A DNA stretch of 64,000 bases from Aquificaceae bacterium. Its GTDB lineage: Bacteria; Aquificota; Aquificia; Aquificales; Aquificaceae. This document shows positions 49,470-59,168 of the stretch, piece by piece. Location of the stretch: NCBI GenBank assembly GCA_037925075.1, contig JAXSNR010000001.1:544001-608000 (forward strand), in the 5' to 3' direction. Position 1 is the first letter of the stretch, and each line of letters starts with the position of its first letter. The notes beneath the pieces were generated by a model. That model saw only the letters and a list, made by a program, of their open reading frames with translations, ran no database searches and had not been told where the DNA came from. The position numbers and the translations under genes were made by a program.

Positions 49470-50660
49470 TTAGCCCAAAATCTTCCTAAGATTTTTCTCC
49501 AACATTTCCAACATGTAGGCAAACTTTCGGTCTTGAGACTTTTTTTCCTCCACCTTCCTTATTGAGTAAAGGGCAAAGGTATGGTCGGACCTTCCAAAGA
49601 GCCGTGCTACTTCCGAGTAGGACATATGAAGAAGAGTCCTACAAAAGTACATGGCTATCTGTCTTGCTTTGAGGACCTTTCTTTCCTTTGTTTCCCTTTT
49701 GAGGTCTTCCTGCTTTAAGTTGAAGTATTTTGCCACATGCCTTATGAGGTCCTCTTCTTTGCGTGCAACTTGTGCGGTGGGATCTTTGACACCGGCAACC
49801 TTTAGAGTTTTAATAAAACCTTCTATTTCCCTTACGCTGTATCCCGTGTTTTCCATCACGTAGTCTATATGCCTTTTGTCGGTAGGAAGTCCAAAGAGCA
49901 AAAGCTTATGCTTCACTATGGACAGTTTTGTCTCTTCATCCAAGCCTATCTCTATAATGAGACCGCTGGCAAACCTACTTAAAAGCCTTTCGGAGATATC
50001 CTTAATGTCCTTTGGATGTCTGTCGCTCACTAACACTATCTGCTTTTCCGCACTTTGCAAAGCTTCAAAGACTCTAAAAAGTTCCACCTGTGTTCTCTCC
50101 TTTCCAGAAAGGAACTGAACATCATCCAGAAGAAGGATATCCACAGAAGCATAGCTTTTTCTAAAGCCTTCTATCTTCCCATCCCTTAGGCTTTTTATCA
50201 TCTCCTCAGAAAACTCTAAGGCTGGTCTGTAAAGGGCTTTAAAGCCATTAGACTTTGCCCCGTTGCCTATGGCATGGAGAAGGTGGGTTTTCCCCAGTCC
50301 CACACCGCCATATATAAAAAGAGGGCTATAAACACCAGGATTTTTGGACACTTCAAGGCAAACCTTGTATGCAAGCTGGTTGGACTTTCCCACCACAAAG
50401 TTGTCAAAGCGGTAAGAGGACAAAAGACCATCCTTTATAAAATTCTCCGACTGCCCCCTTTCCTCTTCATGAGATCTTACCTGTATCTCCTTTCCGTAGT
50501 CGGAAAGCCTTGCCCTTATGTATTCAAGCACCCACCTTTTTTGTTCAAGGGTTGGCGTGATTATAAGCACCCTGCTTGGGGTTTCCTCAATCCTAAACTG
50601 CCTAAAAAAACCCACCGCAAACCTGTCTTTGTTTTCCACAAAAAGCAAAAAATCCCTCAT
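49470..50660 (-). CDS. dnaA: Chromosomal replication initiator DnaA
   Basis: FDNFVVG.SN, GGVGLGKTHL, DDVQFL, SRF, ARQIAMY, DHT. Confidence 0.96.
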   Translation of the reverse strand: MRDFLLFVENKDRFAVGFFRQFRIEETPSRVLIITPTLEQKRWVLEYIRARLSDYGKEIQVRSHEEERGQSENFIKDGLLSSYRFDNFVVGKSNQLAYKVCLEVSKNPGVYSPLFIYGGVGLGKTHLLHAIGNGAKSNGFKALYRPALEFSEEMIKSLRDGKIEGFRKSYASVDILLLDDVQFLSGKERTQVELFRVFEALQSAEKQIVLVSDRHPKDIKDISERLLSRFASGLIIEIGLDEETKLSIVKHKLLLFGLPTDKRHIDYVMENTGYSVREIEGFIKTLKVAGVKDPTAQVARKEEDLIRHVAKYFNLKQEDLKRETKERKVLKARQIAMYFCRTLLHMSYSEVARLFGRSDHTFALYSIRKVEEKKSQDRKFAYMLEMLEKNLRKILG

Positions 50661-50816
50661 GGCTCATGTCCGCAGTTTATACTCTTATGTTCTTCTTTTG
50701 TTGACCCTCAAAGGATGTTTAAATCATAACCCCTGAGCCATAGCCCCCTCAAGTCAGAAGGAACTTATGGGATAAACCTTTGAAGGTGGTGAACCTAAAT
50801 CTGGGATAGTCTGAGG

Positions 50817-51821
50817 CTATTTAAAAAAACTTAAAAAGTCCATCTCGCTTAGCCTTGGTATGTTCAAGATCTGAAGGTTTTCCCTCAAGTGTTCCAGCTT
50901 ACTCATACCTACAAGGGCTGTGCCAACGCCTGGAGTGCTAAGGACAAACTGAAGGCTTGCATGCACATCCTTTTCTACTCCGAGCTTTTTCTTTAGCTCC
51001 TGAGGCACCCTACCTAGGACCCTTCCTTGGTATATACTGGCGCTTGTGTATGTGTATATGCCAAGCCTTTGACAAGCTTCAAGGGTGGAGAGCCTTTCAC
51101 CACCTACTTCATGGTTTTTGAGAGTATAAGCTTCTGGCATGCCAAGGTTGTAGGGAAGCTGTATAAACCTAAAGTGATGGTCCTTGCCCGCTACCTCTTC
51201 CGCAATGCCCAAAAGCTCCAAAAGGTTTAGGTACTGCCTACTGGCAGGAGAGACCCTAAAGCCTCCCCAAGTGGCAAGCCCATAATACCTTATTCTGCCC
51301 CTATTGACCTCAGACTCAAGGTATTCAAAGCACTCCCTTATCTTTTCGTTAAAGGTTTTTCTGTCAAAGAAGTTTAGCTGTTCTTCTGGGTTATGAAGGA
51401 AGTATATATCTATGTAGTCTGTGCCCATATTTTCAAGGCTTTTGTTTAGGCACCATTCAATAAACCTTGCGGACAGGTAATGCCCCTGAGGTGTCATCTC
51501 CTCCAGTTTTACAATGCCAGTATTTACAAAGTTCTCGTAAAAGTAGTCTTTTGGGTCAACTCCCGCGTCCACATCAAAGGGTATGTATCCCCCCTTTGTG
51601 GAAATTATCAGTTTATCTCTTGGCACTTCCTTCAGCACTTCCCCTATATCTCTCTCGCTTTTCATGTACCTATAGACTATGGCGGTATCCACCACATTTA
51701 CACCCATCTGTAGGGCGGTTTTTATGACTTCCCTGTATCCTTGAGATGTTCTTTGATCAAGCTCTCCAAGGTATGTGCCAACTCCAAGTTCTGAAAGTTT
51801 TAAGTCAAGAAAGCTTTTCAT
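50817..51821 (-). CDS. Aldo/keto reductase family protein
   Basis: LGVGT, DTA..Y, STKG, SLEN..TDYIDIYFLHNP, QLPYN. Confidence 0.9.
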   Translation of the reverse strand: MKSFLDLKLSELGVGTYLGELDQRTSQGYREVIKTALQMGVNVVDTAIVYRYMKSERDIGEVLKEVPRDKLIISTKGGYIPFDVDAGVDPKDYFYENFVNTGIVKLEEMTPQGHYLSARFIEWCLNKSLENMGTDYIDIYFLHNPEEQLNFFDRKTFNEKIRECFEYLESEVNRGRIRYYGLATWGGFRVSPASRQYLNLLELLGIAEEVAGKDHHFRFIQLPYNLGMPEAYTLKNHEVGGERLSTLEACQRLGIYTYTSASIYQGRVLGRVPQELKKKLGVEKDVHASLQFVLSTPGVGTALVGMSKLEHLRENLQILNIPRLSEMDFLSFFK

Positions 51822-51832
51822 GATAGCCCCCT

Positions 51833-52528
51833 TTAAAGGTTCAAAAAGTCAAAACTTCCCACCTGCTTTTGAATTAAGCCCTCTTTCAACAAAAGGTTTT
51901 CCTCCTCCCTTATTAGACCCTCTGGCATAAGCCTTTTGGGACAGGCATAGGAGCAGTTCATACAGTGGGTGCAAAGTTCTGGCCTAAGACTTTGTAAAAC
52001 TTTCAGAGTACCCTCATAGCCTGCGTTTCTTGGGTCATAAAGGTGCTTGTATATTCTCGTTAGGACCAATGGACCACCAAAAAGCTCGCTCTGAGATAGT
52101 ACAGGGCATACGCTATCACAAACTCCGCAGAGAATACACTCCCAGCTTCTTGAAGTTAGTCGGTTTATCTCTTCCTCTATCTTTGGTTCCTTCTCATTTT
52201 CTGTAAGCCAGACCCTATAACCTTTAAGCTTTGTGTATAGACCTTCTTGGTCCACCACCAAATCCCTTATAACAGAAAAGTTGTCAATAGGCTCAATTAG
52301 TATGCATTCTCCCTCTTGTATCCATGTGGAGCATGCAAGAACAGGCTTTCCGTTTAGCTTTACCGCACAGGTTCCACATATGCCAGCTCTACACATACTC
52401 CTAAAGGCAAGGGTAGGGTCAAGCTCTTCTCTGACCTTGTACAAAAGCTCAAGTAGTGTAGCACTCTGAGATACCTTAATTTCAAACTCCTCAAAGCCAC
52501 CGGGATACCTCTTTATCCTTAGCTTCAC
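51833..52528 (-). CDS. Succinate dehydrogenase/fumarate reductase Fe-S subunit
   Basis: CRAGICGTC, RDLVVD, CILCGVCDSVCP, CTHCMNCSYACP. Confidence 0.9.
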   Translation of the reverse strand: MKLRIKRYPGGFEEFEIKVSQSATLLELLYKVREELDPTLAFRSMCRAGICGTCAVKLNGKPVLACSTWIQEGECILIEPIDNFSVIRDLVVDQEGLYTKLKGYRVWLTENEKEPKIEEEINRLTSRSWECILCGVCDSVCPVLSQSELFGGPLVLTRIYKHLYDPRNAGYEGTLKVLQSLRPELCTHCMNCSYACPKRLMPEGLIREEENLLLKEGLIQKQVGSFDFLNL

Positions 52529-52530
52529 TT

Positions 52531-54039
52531 TTAGTACCTCTTTATTTCAATCTGATACTTTTTTATCCTATAATCAAGCTGACGTAGGGTATATCCCAGA
52601 AGCCTTGCCGCCCTTGATTTCACGTACCCTACCTTTTCAAGAGCCTTTAGGATCTCATCCCTCTCTGTGCTTTGTATAACCTGCGGCATGTTTTTAGCTC
52701 CCACATCATAAATCCTTGCAAAAAAGTAGGGCGGAAGGTCTATCTCTCTTATTAGACCATCTTTGAGTATGACAAGTCTCTCTATGGTGTTTTCTAACTC
52801 TCTTACGTTTCCAGGCCATGGGTATTCCATAAAAACCTCAATGACCTTGGGGTCAAGCCTGACCCTTTTGCCATAACGTTGGTTGAATATATCCAAAAAG
52901 TGGTCTATTAGTATGGGTATGTCTTCTCTTCTTTCCCTGAGGGGGGGTATGTGTATGGGAAGGACGTTTAGTCTGTAATATAGGTCTTCTCTAAAATGTC
53001 CCTGAGATACGAGCTCCGAAAGGTTCTTGTTGGTGGCGGAGATGATGCGCACATCTACCTTTATGGTCTTTTCACTGCCAAGTCTTTCTATTTCCTTATC
53101 CTGTATAACCCTTAGTATCTTAGGCTGTAGGGAAAGGGGCATATCTCCGATTTCATCAAGAAACACGGTTCCTCCGTTTGCCAACTCAAACTTTCCCTTT
53201 TTTGAAGTATAGGCTCCTGTAAAGGAGCCCTTTTCGTAGCCAAAAAGTTCTGCTTCAAGCAAGGTCTCCGGGATGGCACTGCAGTTTATGGTTATAAAGG
53301 GCTTTTCCTTTCGCTTGCTCATAAAGTGTATTGCTTTTGCGACAAGGCTTTTGCCTGTGCCACTTTCTCCGGTAATTAGCACATTTACATCCGTCTGGGC
53401 AATCCTTTCCACAAGGTCAAGAAGGTTTTTTATCACCGGGCTTTTGCCCACTATACCCTCCACGTTGTACCTTTCGCTGAGGGCCTTTGTAAGAAGCCTC
53501 TTTTCTTCTTCCCACTCCTCCCTCTCTCGATTTATCCTCTCGTCCAGCTTGTAAAGCATACCTATCATCGTCCCCATTATGAGCAAAAGCTCCACTCCCT
53601 TTTCTACGCTTTCTTCTCCAAAGTCTTTAAAGACCGCAAGAACTCCAATGATCTCACCTCCCACCCTTATGGGCACTGCCACAAAACTCTCACCGGGCTC
53701 AAGCCTCTCCCTTAGACCTGTTTTGTTGAGATAAACGTTTATTTTGGTATCTGAAAGAAATACGGGCACGCCATCCTTGTAGACCTTTCCCACTATGCCC
53801 TCACCCTTTTTAAAGATGCCCCTTTCTGCTTCCTCCTCTGTGAGCCCAAAGGCTTTGATTATTTTTAGTGCCTTTATCTCAGGTCTGTAAAGGGCCACAT
53901 AGCTATGCCTTACATCCCAAAAGGAATACAAAACCTTTAGAACTTCCTCTATGCTTTTTGTAAACTCAAAGCCTTTACTGAGTATCTTGGCGACTTCATT
54001 GACTATGGTAAGCTCTCTGAAGTTCAAGCCCTTTTCCAT
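52531..54039 (-). CDS. NifA-like sigma54 activator (GAF-AAA+-HTH)
   Basis: GAF (GEGIVGKV, VPI), GESGTGKS, GSFTGA, FREDLYYRL, WPGNVREL, HTH. Confidence 0.92.
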   Translation of the reverse strand: MEKGLNFRELTIVNEVAKILSKGFEFTKSIEEVLKVLYSFWDVRHSYVALYRPEIKALKIIKAFGLTEEEAERGIFKKGEGIVGKVYKDGVPVFLSDTKINVYLNKTGLRERLEPGESFVAVPIRVGGEIIGVLAVFKDFGEESVEKGVELLLIMGTMIGMLYKLDERINREREEWEEEKRLLTKALSERYNVEGIVGKSPVIKNLLDLVERIAQTDVNVLITGESGTGKSLVAKAIHFMSKRKEKPFITINCSAIPETLLEAELFGYEKGSFTGAYTSKKGKFELANGGTVFLDEIGDMPLSLQPKILRVIQDKEIERLGSEKTIKVDVRIISATNKNLSELVSQGHFREDLYYRLNVLPIHIPPLRERREDIPILIDHFLDIFNQRYGKRVRLDPKVIEVFMEYPWPGNVRELENTIERLVILKDGLIREIDLPPYFFARIYDVGAKNMPQVIQSTERDEILKALEKVGYVKSRAARLLGYTLRQLDYRIKKYQIEIKRY

Positions 54040-54509
54040 CAATGCTCTTCTTTAACCTTGTAATAAAAGATAAGCACCCCAATCACTATGGCAATGGCTA
54101 CACCAAACATAAGGGTTTCAAAGGGCTCTTTCCACTTTACCACGTTCTTGGTGAAGGTTATGGCAAGTATGAGCACTACGACGCTTGCAAGCTTTGCCTT
54201 AAGCTGGTCTATGCTTTCAATCTTTAACCAGTCTGGTACCTCAAGCTTTCCCACGAAAAGCTCATAAAGACCCACCGCAAAGATGTAAAGAATGACCGAA
54301 AGCAGGTGGATGTCCATAACCGCTATAAACTTGGTGGAGAGTATGGCGCTATCAAGATACTCGGGCTCTTTAAAAACCTTATAAAGGGTTTCAAAGGAAA
54401 GGTAGACGCCATAAAAGCCAAGAAAGACCGCACTTATAAAAAGGCTTAGAGCTGGTAGCACCGCAATAGCCTTTCCCTTCTCCACAAAGGCTCTTACAAG
54501 CCTTTCCAT
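54039..54509 (-). CDS. YqhA (UPF0114) family membrane protein
   Basis: D..L....YIFA.GLYELFV, WL.I.S.DQLK.KL. Confidence 0.85.
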   Translation of the reverse strand: MERLVRAFVEKGKAIAVLPALSLFISAVFLGFYGVYLSFETLYKVFKEPEYLDSAILSTKFIAVMDIHLLSVILYIFAVGLYELFVGKLEVPDWLKIESIDQLKAKLASVVVLILAITFTKNVVKWKEPFETLMFGVAIAIVIGVLIFYYKVKEEH

Positions 54510-54922
54510 CAGTCCACCTCCGAGTTTATTATTATCCTTAAACCCCTTGTCCCAACCTTTGCATTGGTGGACCCCATTAGGTCTCCCTTCTGTGGGTCTG
54601 CGGAGCCAGAAGTACTGAGCCTTGCGGTTATTATAACCTGACCTTCCATAAGCCTGTCGTGGCTTAGCTTATGCTTGCCCGTTATCTTAAACTTGTGGGG
54701 CAGTTTTGGATTTTTTACCCTAAGGACTGCCAAGGGCATGGGGTTTTCTAGGTCTCTAACGGAGATTATAAGAAAGGTATCACCCTTTGGAGCCTTGTTT
54801 TTTAGGCTCTCATCAAGGATAACCTCACCTTCTATAAACTGGTTTCTGTACTTTTCAAGGGGTACCTCCTTGGGCAGGGGCTGACACGAAAAAAGAATAA
54901 GAAGGGCAAGAAGTACAAGCAT
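54509..54922 (-). CDS. Lipoprotein with CcmI/CycH C-terminal-like Ig domain
   Basis: Lipobox LFSC; MPLAV, ARLS.SG.A....GDL. Confidence 0.7.
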   Translation of the reverse strand: MLVLLALLILFSCQPLPKEVPLEKYRNQFIEGEVILDESLKNKAPKGDTFLIISVRDLENPMPLAVLRVKNPKLPHKFKITGKHKLSHDRLMEGQVIITARLSTSGSADPQKGDLMGSTNAKVGTRGLRIIINSEVD

Positions 54923-54931
54923 AGAGGTCTA

Positions 54932-55612
54932 TTATAAAGGATGCAGTCTGTATAGGTCCTTTACGAGACTTGGAAACTCCTCGGGCTTTATTACCTTACA
55001 GAAGGGCATACCAAGACATAGGACTCTGTTTGCGTTTCTTAGCACAAAGCCCACGTCGTGGGATACAACCACCACCGTCCTTTCCTTTGCAACCTCTTTG
55101 AGGATATGTTCTATATGCTCTTGAGCGTGTATATCAAGGCCCGTCATAGGCTCGTCAAGGACCAAAAGGTCTGGGTTTGTGGTGAGAGCGAGGGCAAGTA
55201 GGACCTTTTGCTGTTCTCCGCCGGAGAGTCTTACAAAGGGTCTTTTGAGTAGGTTCTCAAGATGTAAAAAGGCTATGACCCAACCGATTTTCTCCTTTGG
55301 TGCAACCGCCCTAAGAAGCTCTCCCACATTGCCCGCAAAGGACTTTTCCACCGAAAACCTCTGGGGCACATAACCTATTCTTCTCCACTGGGTAAAGCTC
55401 TCCAACCTTTCACCGAAGAGCCTTACCTCCCCCTTTTTGGGCTTAATAAAGCCCAGTATTATCCTAAGAAGGGTACTTTTGCCAGCACCGTTTGGACCAA
55501 GAATGCCAAAAAACTCACCCTTTTCCACATAAAAGCTCAGACCCTCCAAGAGGGGTTCATCCTCTCTATATCTAAAGTGTAGGTTTTGGACCTCTACTAT
55601 CTTTTCTGACAA
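54932..55612 (-). CDS. Zn/Mn ABC transporter ATP-binding protein (ZnuC-like)
   Basis: GPNGAGKST, GYVPQ, LSGGE, LDEP, SHD. Confidence 0.9.
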   Translation of the reverse strand: MSEKIVEVQNLHFRYREDEPLLEGLSFYVEKGEFFGILGPNGAGKSTLLRIILGFIKPKKGEVRLFGERLESFTQWRRIGYVPQRFSVEKSFAGNVGELLRAVAPKEKIGWVIAFLHLENLLKRPFVRLSGGEQQKVLLALALTTNPDLLVLDEPMTGLDIHAQEHIEHILKEVAKERTVVVVSHDVGFVLRNANRVLCLGMPFCKVIKPEEFPSLVKDLYRLHPL

Positions 55613-56436
55613 GCCAAACCCTCTGAAAGCCTAAGTAGGTTCCTTCTCATTATGGAAAAGTAGTCTTCTTCCTTCTCCTCTGGAAACAGTGAGGTATTCA
55701 AGGGCAAAACCCTTGCACCCACTTCTTGGGCTATCCTTCTTGCAAGCTTTTCCTCATACCCAAGCTCCACAAAAACCGCCTTAACTTGAGCCCTTTTTGC
55801 CCTCTCTACCATTCTCATCACCTCTGAGGGCTTTGGCTCCTCTTCCGCATGAAGCCCCCTAAGACCCACTATCTCAAGCCCATAATCCCTTCCCAAGTAT
55901 ACAGCAGAAAGGTGGGTGATCACCAAGGTTTTGTTTTTGCAGGTGGAAAGCACATTTCTGTATTCACCGTCCAAAGCCTTGAGAAGTTCCACATATTCAC
56001 CCGTTCTCTTTTTGTAGTATTCAGTCCCAGATGGGTCTATCTGAGAGAGAGCCCTTTGTATGTTTTCCACAAGGCTTATGTACGCCTTAGGTGAAAGCCA
56101 CAGATGTGGGTCAAGGCTTTTTCCTGCCCTTATGAGCGTTAGGCCCTGTGTGAGGGGGTAGGCTTTTCCCTTTTGCAAGCTTTCTGCGACCCTCTTTTCC
56201 CATCTTTCCACCCCCATGTACAGAAAAGCCCTTGCCCTCTGTAGCCTTCTCATATCATCGGGCTTTAGCTCGTAGTGGTGAGGGTCCGCCTGAGATCGCA
56301 CAAGCACATCCACATCAAACCTTCCCTCCGCAATGTACCTCAGAGGGTAGTATATGGGATATGAAGATGCCATCAAAAGCTCCTTAGCATAGCCCAAGGG
56401 GGAAACAAACAGCACCAACAGGATAACCACCAACAT
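55597..56436 (-). CDS. Zn/Mn ABC transporter substrate-binding protein (ZnuA-like)
   Basis: DPHHYE, DPHLWLSP, TH, EP; signal peptide from ATG 56436. Confidence 0.9.
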   Translation of the reverse strand: MLVVILLVLFVSPLGYAKELLMASSYPIYYPLRYIAEGRFDVDVLVRSQADPHHYELKPDDMRRLQRARAFLYMGVERWEKRVAESLQKGKAYPLTQGLTLIRAGKSLDPHLWLSPKAYISLVENIQRALSQIDPSGTEYYKKRTGEYVELLKALDGEYRNVLSTCKNKTLVITHLSAVYLGRDYGLEIVGLRGLHAEEEPKPSEVMRMVERAKRAQVKAVFVELGYEEKLARRIAQEVGARVLPLNTSLFPEEKEEDYFSIMRRNLLRLSEGLACQKR

Positions 56437-56462
56437 GTTTTTTATTTTAAACAAAGAGAAGA

Positions 56463-57233
56463 TTAGAGCCTCTTTGCCTTCTCTGTGGTTTTTCGCACGC
56501 ATTCCATTATTATGCCCTTAAAGCCCCTTTCTTCCAAGACCTTTATGCCTTCTATGGTGGTCCCTCCGGGAGAGGCAACCCTTGTGATCCACTCCTCTGG
56601 GTTTCCACCGAGCCTTTTCAAAAGCTCGCAAGAGCCAAGTATTGTATCTATGGCTATGGACTTTGCCTTTTCGTAAGGAAAGCCCTCCATAACACCCGCA
56701 AGGGAAAGGGCATGCACAAAGCTAAAGACAAAGGCAGGACCTGAACCAGCAAGGGCGGTAAAGGCATCAAAAAGGCCTTCCTCAAGCTCATAAAGGCTAC
56801 CACAATGAGAAAAAAGCTCAAGAAACTTTTCCCTTTCCTCTTCCTTTATTCCTTTACCACAGGCAAAGGCTATAACAGCTTTCCTCACAAGAGCGTTTAT
56901 GTTGGGCATCAGTCTAATAAGCCTTGATGTGCCAGAAAGCTCTTCCATCTTTGCAAGGCTTAGCCCTGCAACTACGCTAATCAGCACCTTTTCTTCAAGC
57001 CTTCCTTTAAGAGTATTTAGGACCTTCTCCACATCCTTTGGCTTTACAGCCAACAAAAGCCAGTGAGAACCCTTTAGAAGAAAATCAAGGTCTGACGCTA
57101 CACCAAAGCCCTCAGAAAGTGCCTTTGACCTCTTTTCTTCGCTTATGTCATACACCATAATCTCCGCATGCTCCCTTAGAGCCTTTGCAAAGCTTTCTCC
57201 CATGTTTCCATATCCTATGATTCCTACCACCAT
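56463..57233 (-). CDS. proC: Pyrroline-5-carboxylate reductase
   Basis: GYGNMG, AVKP, RLMPN, AGSGPAF, VASPGGTT. Confidence 0.96.
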   Translation of the reverse strand: MVVGIIGYGNMGESFAKALREHAEIMVYDISEEKRSKALSEGFGVASDLDFLLKGSHWLLLAVKPKDVEKVLNTLKGRLEEKVLISVVAGLSLAKMEELSGTSRLIRLMPNINALVRKAVIAFACGKGIKEEEREKFLELFSHCGSLYELEEGLFDAFTALAGSGPAFVFSFVHALSLAGVMEGFPYEKAKSIAIDTILGSCELLKRLGGNPEEWITRVASPGGTTIEGIKVLEERGFKGIIMECVRKTTEKAKRL

Positions 57234-57234
57234 G

Positions 57235-58062
57235 TTATCTCCTCAACTTTGATATCAATCTCTCCCAAAAGCTGGGAGCATAGGGCTTTATGTTTAGTGG
57301 TAATTTTACAAGAGCGTTGGTTAGGTCCCTTATAAAACTCTCCTCAAAGGGGCTTTGGTTAACTATGCTCCTTATGATTTTGGGGTTGTACCTTATACTG
57401 CCAAGATAATGAACCTCCGCGGAGGTGAATTTTTCACAAACCACCTTAATACTCTCAAATACCTTCTCACCCTCCTCGTAATTTTGCACCTTATTAACCA
57501 CAAGGTAGAACTCCTTTACCTTGTCTTCGCTGTTTAAAACCTTTATAAGTCCATAAGCGTCCGCTATGGCAGTTGGTTCTGGGGTAGTAACTACAAGGGG
57601 TATGTGGCACGAAGAAACAAGGGCTGTGGTGTCCGAGTGTATGCCCGGTGGCGTGTCAAAAATAACCCAATCGTAATTTCTCTCCGCGTACTCCTGAAGC
57701 CTAAGGATTAGGTTTCTTAGCTGTGTGGGAGGTAGGTTAACAAGCTCTCTAACTCCGCTTCCGCTGGATATAAAGGCCAGGTTTTCATCCACAGATACAA
57801 CAACATCCTCAAGGGGAACTTCGCCCATAAAAAAGTTGTAGAGGTTCTTTTTGGGTGTTATCCCTAACATTATATGAACGTTGCTAAGGCCTAGGTCTCC
57901 ATCCACTACAAGTACCTTCTTTCCGTTTCTACCTACTATCCTCCCCATGTTTATGGTTATAAGCGTTTTGCCCACACCACCCTTTCCGCTCGCCACCGCT
58001 ATGTATCCCGTCTTCTTCTCTTTGCCCTGTACACTCATAAGGTGAAGACCTTGGGTTTCCAT
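57235..58062 (-). CDS. flhG: MinD-like flagellar number regulator FlhG/FleN
   Basis: SGKGGVGKT, DGDLGLSN, TPEPTAIADAY.LIK; directly after flhF. Confidence 0.9.
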   Translation of the reverse strand: METQGLHLMSVQGKEKKTGYIAVASGKGGVGKTLITINMGRIVGRNGKKVLVVDGDLGLSNVHIMLGITPKKNLYNFFMGEVPLEDVVVSVDENLAFISSGSGVRELVNLPPTQLRNLILRLQEYAERNYDWVIFDTPPGIHSDTTALVSSCHIPLVVTTPEPTAIADAYGLIKVLNSEDKVKEFYLVVNKVQNYEEGEKVFESIKVVCEKFTSAEVHYLGSIRYNPKIIRSIVNQSPFEESFIRDLTNALVKLPLNIKPYAPSFWERLISKLRR

Positions 58063-59168
58063 CAGTGCACCTCTAAGAAAATCTTAGATAGGTACTCGTA
58101 ATTTGCCATGACTATGTCCTCCGGTACTCTCTGACCCGTTGTAAAGCATAGTATGGGCATTTGCGTTCTGTATGCTACGTTTATAGTAGTCCCAAAATAA
58201 CTTGTCTCATCAAGCTTTGTAAATATAAGGCCTGAGGGTTCTACTACGCTAAAGCTCTCTATTATCTCGTACTGGATTTTCTCCTCTGTGTTTGCACTTA
58301 AAGTTATGTATGCTCTAAGGGCTGGAAGCTTGGAAAAAAAGGGTACGAGTTCTCTTATCTTTATCTCGTTGTATTGACTTCTGCCACCTGTATCTACAAG
58401 CACCATATCAAGGGAAGAGAGTTCTCCTATACATTCTCTTAGCCTATAGGGTGTGTCCGCGACCCTAAAGGGAAGCTCCATTATGTTGGCGTAGGTCTGA
58501 AGCTGTTGTATAGCACCCACTCTATAGCTGTCTATGGTTATAAGCCCCACCTTCTTACCCCATTGTCTCAGCACATGTGCAAGCTTTGCTATAGTAGTGG
58601 TTTTTCCTACACCGGTTGGCCCAAGCAAGGCAATAACGCTAAATCCTTCTTCTGGAAAGTTTTCCACCAGTTTTATGTTCTTACTGAAACCTTCCATGAG
58701 GGAATCCATGTTTTCTCTCTTAAGATCAAGTCGCCTGAGCTCAAAGTCATACCCGCATGCTGATTCCACTATCTTCTGTGCCACATCTCTTGAAACACCC
58801 TTGTTTATCAGCTTATTCATCAGATACAAGGCCCTTATGGAATACTCACCCTCTAACTCGTCCCTTTTTATTTCTTCCTTTTCTAGTCTTTGTCTTTTGA
58901 CTAATTCCATAACCTCTCTGAGGTTCTCTTTAAGTTTGTTTATCTCCTGATAGAGGCTTTCCTCCTTTTTTAGCTCTTCCGCAAAGTCTTCCTTGTCGGG
59001 TATGCCTACAGTTATCTCAAGCTTTGACCTTTGGGGAAAAGGCAAAAAGGGAATAAGTTTTTGTTTTATAACCCTTGTGGAAAGTATGACAGCTTCAGAG
59101 CCATAGAGTGCTCTTACCTCCTCCACCGCCTCTTGTAATGAATCCACCAGCAGTTTTTTAATTTTCAT
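58062..59168 (-). CDS. flhF: Flagellar SRP-like GTPase FlhF
   Basis: [40 protein letters not shown]. Confidence 0.95.
   Translation of the reverse strand: MKIKKLLVDSLQEAVEEVRALYGSEAVILSTRVIKQKLIPFLPFPQRSKLEITVGIPDKEDFAEELKKEESLYQEINKLKENLREVMELVKRQRLEKEEIKRDELEGEYSIRALYLMNKLINKGVSRDVAQKIVESACGYDFELRRLDLKRENMDSLMEGFSKNIKLVENFPEEGFSVIALLGPTGVGKTTTIAKLAHVLRQWGKKVGLITIDSYRVGAIQQLQTYANIMELPFRVADTPYRLRECIGELSSLDMVLVDTGGRSQYNEIKIRELVPFFSKLPALRAYITLSANTEEKIQYEIIESFSVVEPSGLIFTKLDETSYFGTTINVAYRTQMPILCFTTGQRVPEDIVMANYEYLSKIFLEVH

Noticed and set aside
50661..50816. oriC directly upstream of dnaA
   Set aside because: No TTATNCACA cluster or clear AT-rich unwinding element seen
54244..54262. Self-target of the CRISPR spacer (AGCTTTCCCA; also near 60405)
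   Set aside because: Only 10-11 nt of identity, expected by chance
54932..56436. Defective metal ABC transporter (no permease gene adjacent)
   Set aside because: Operon dispersal is normal in Aquificae; the permease may lie outside the window
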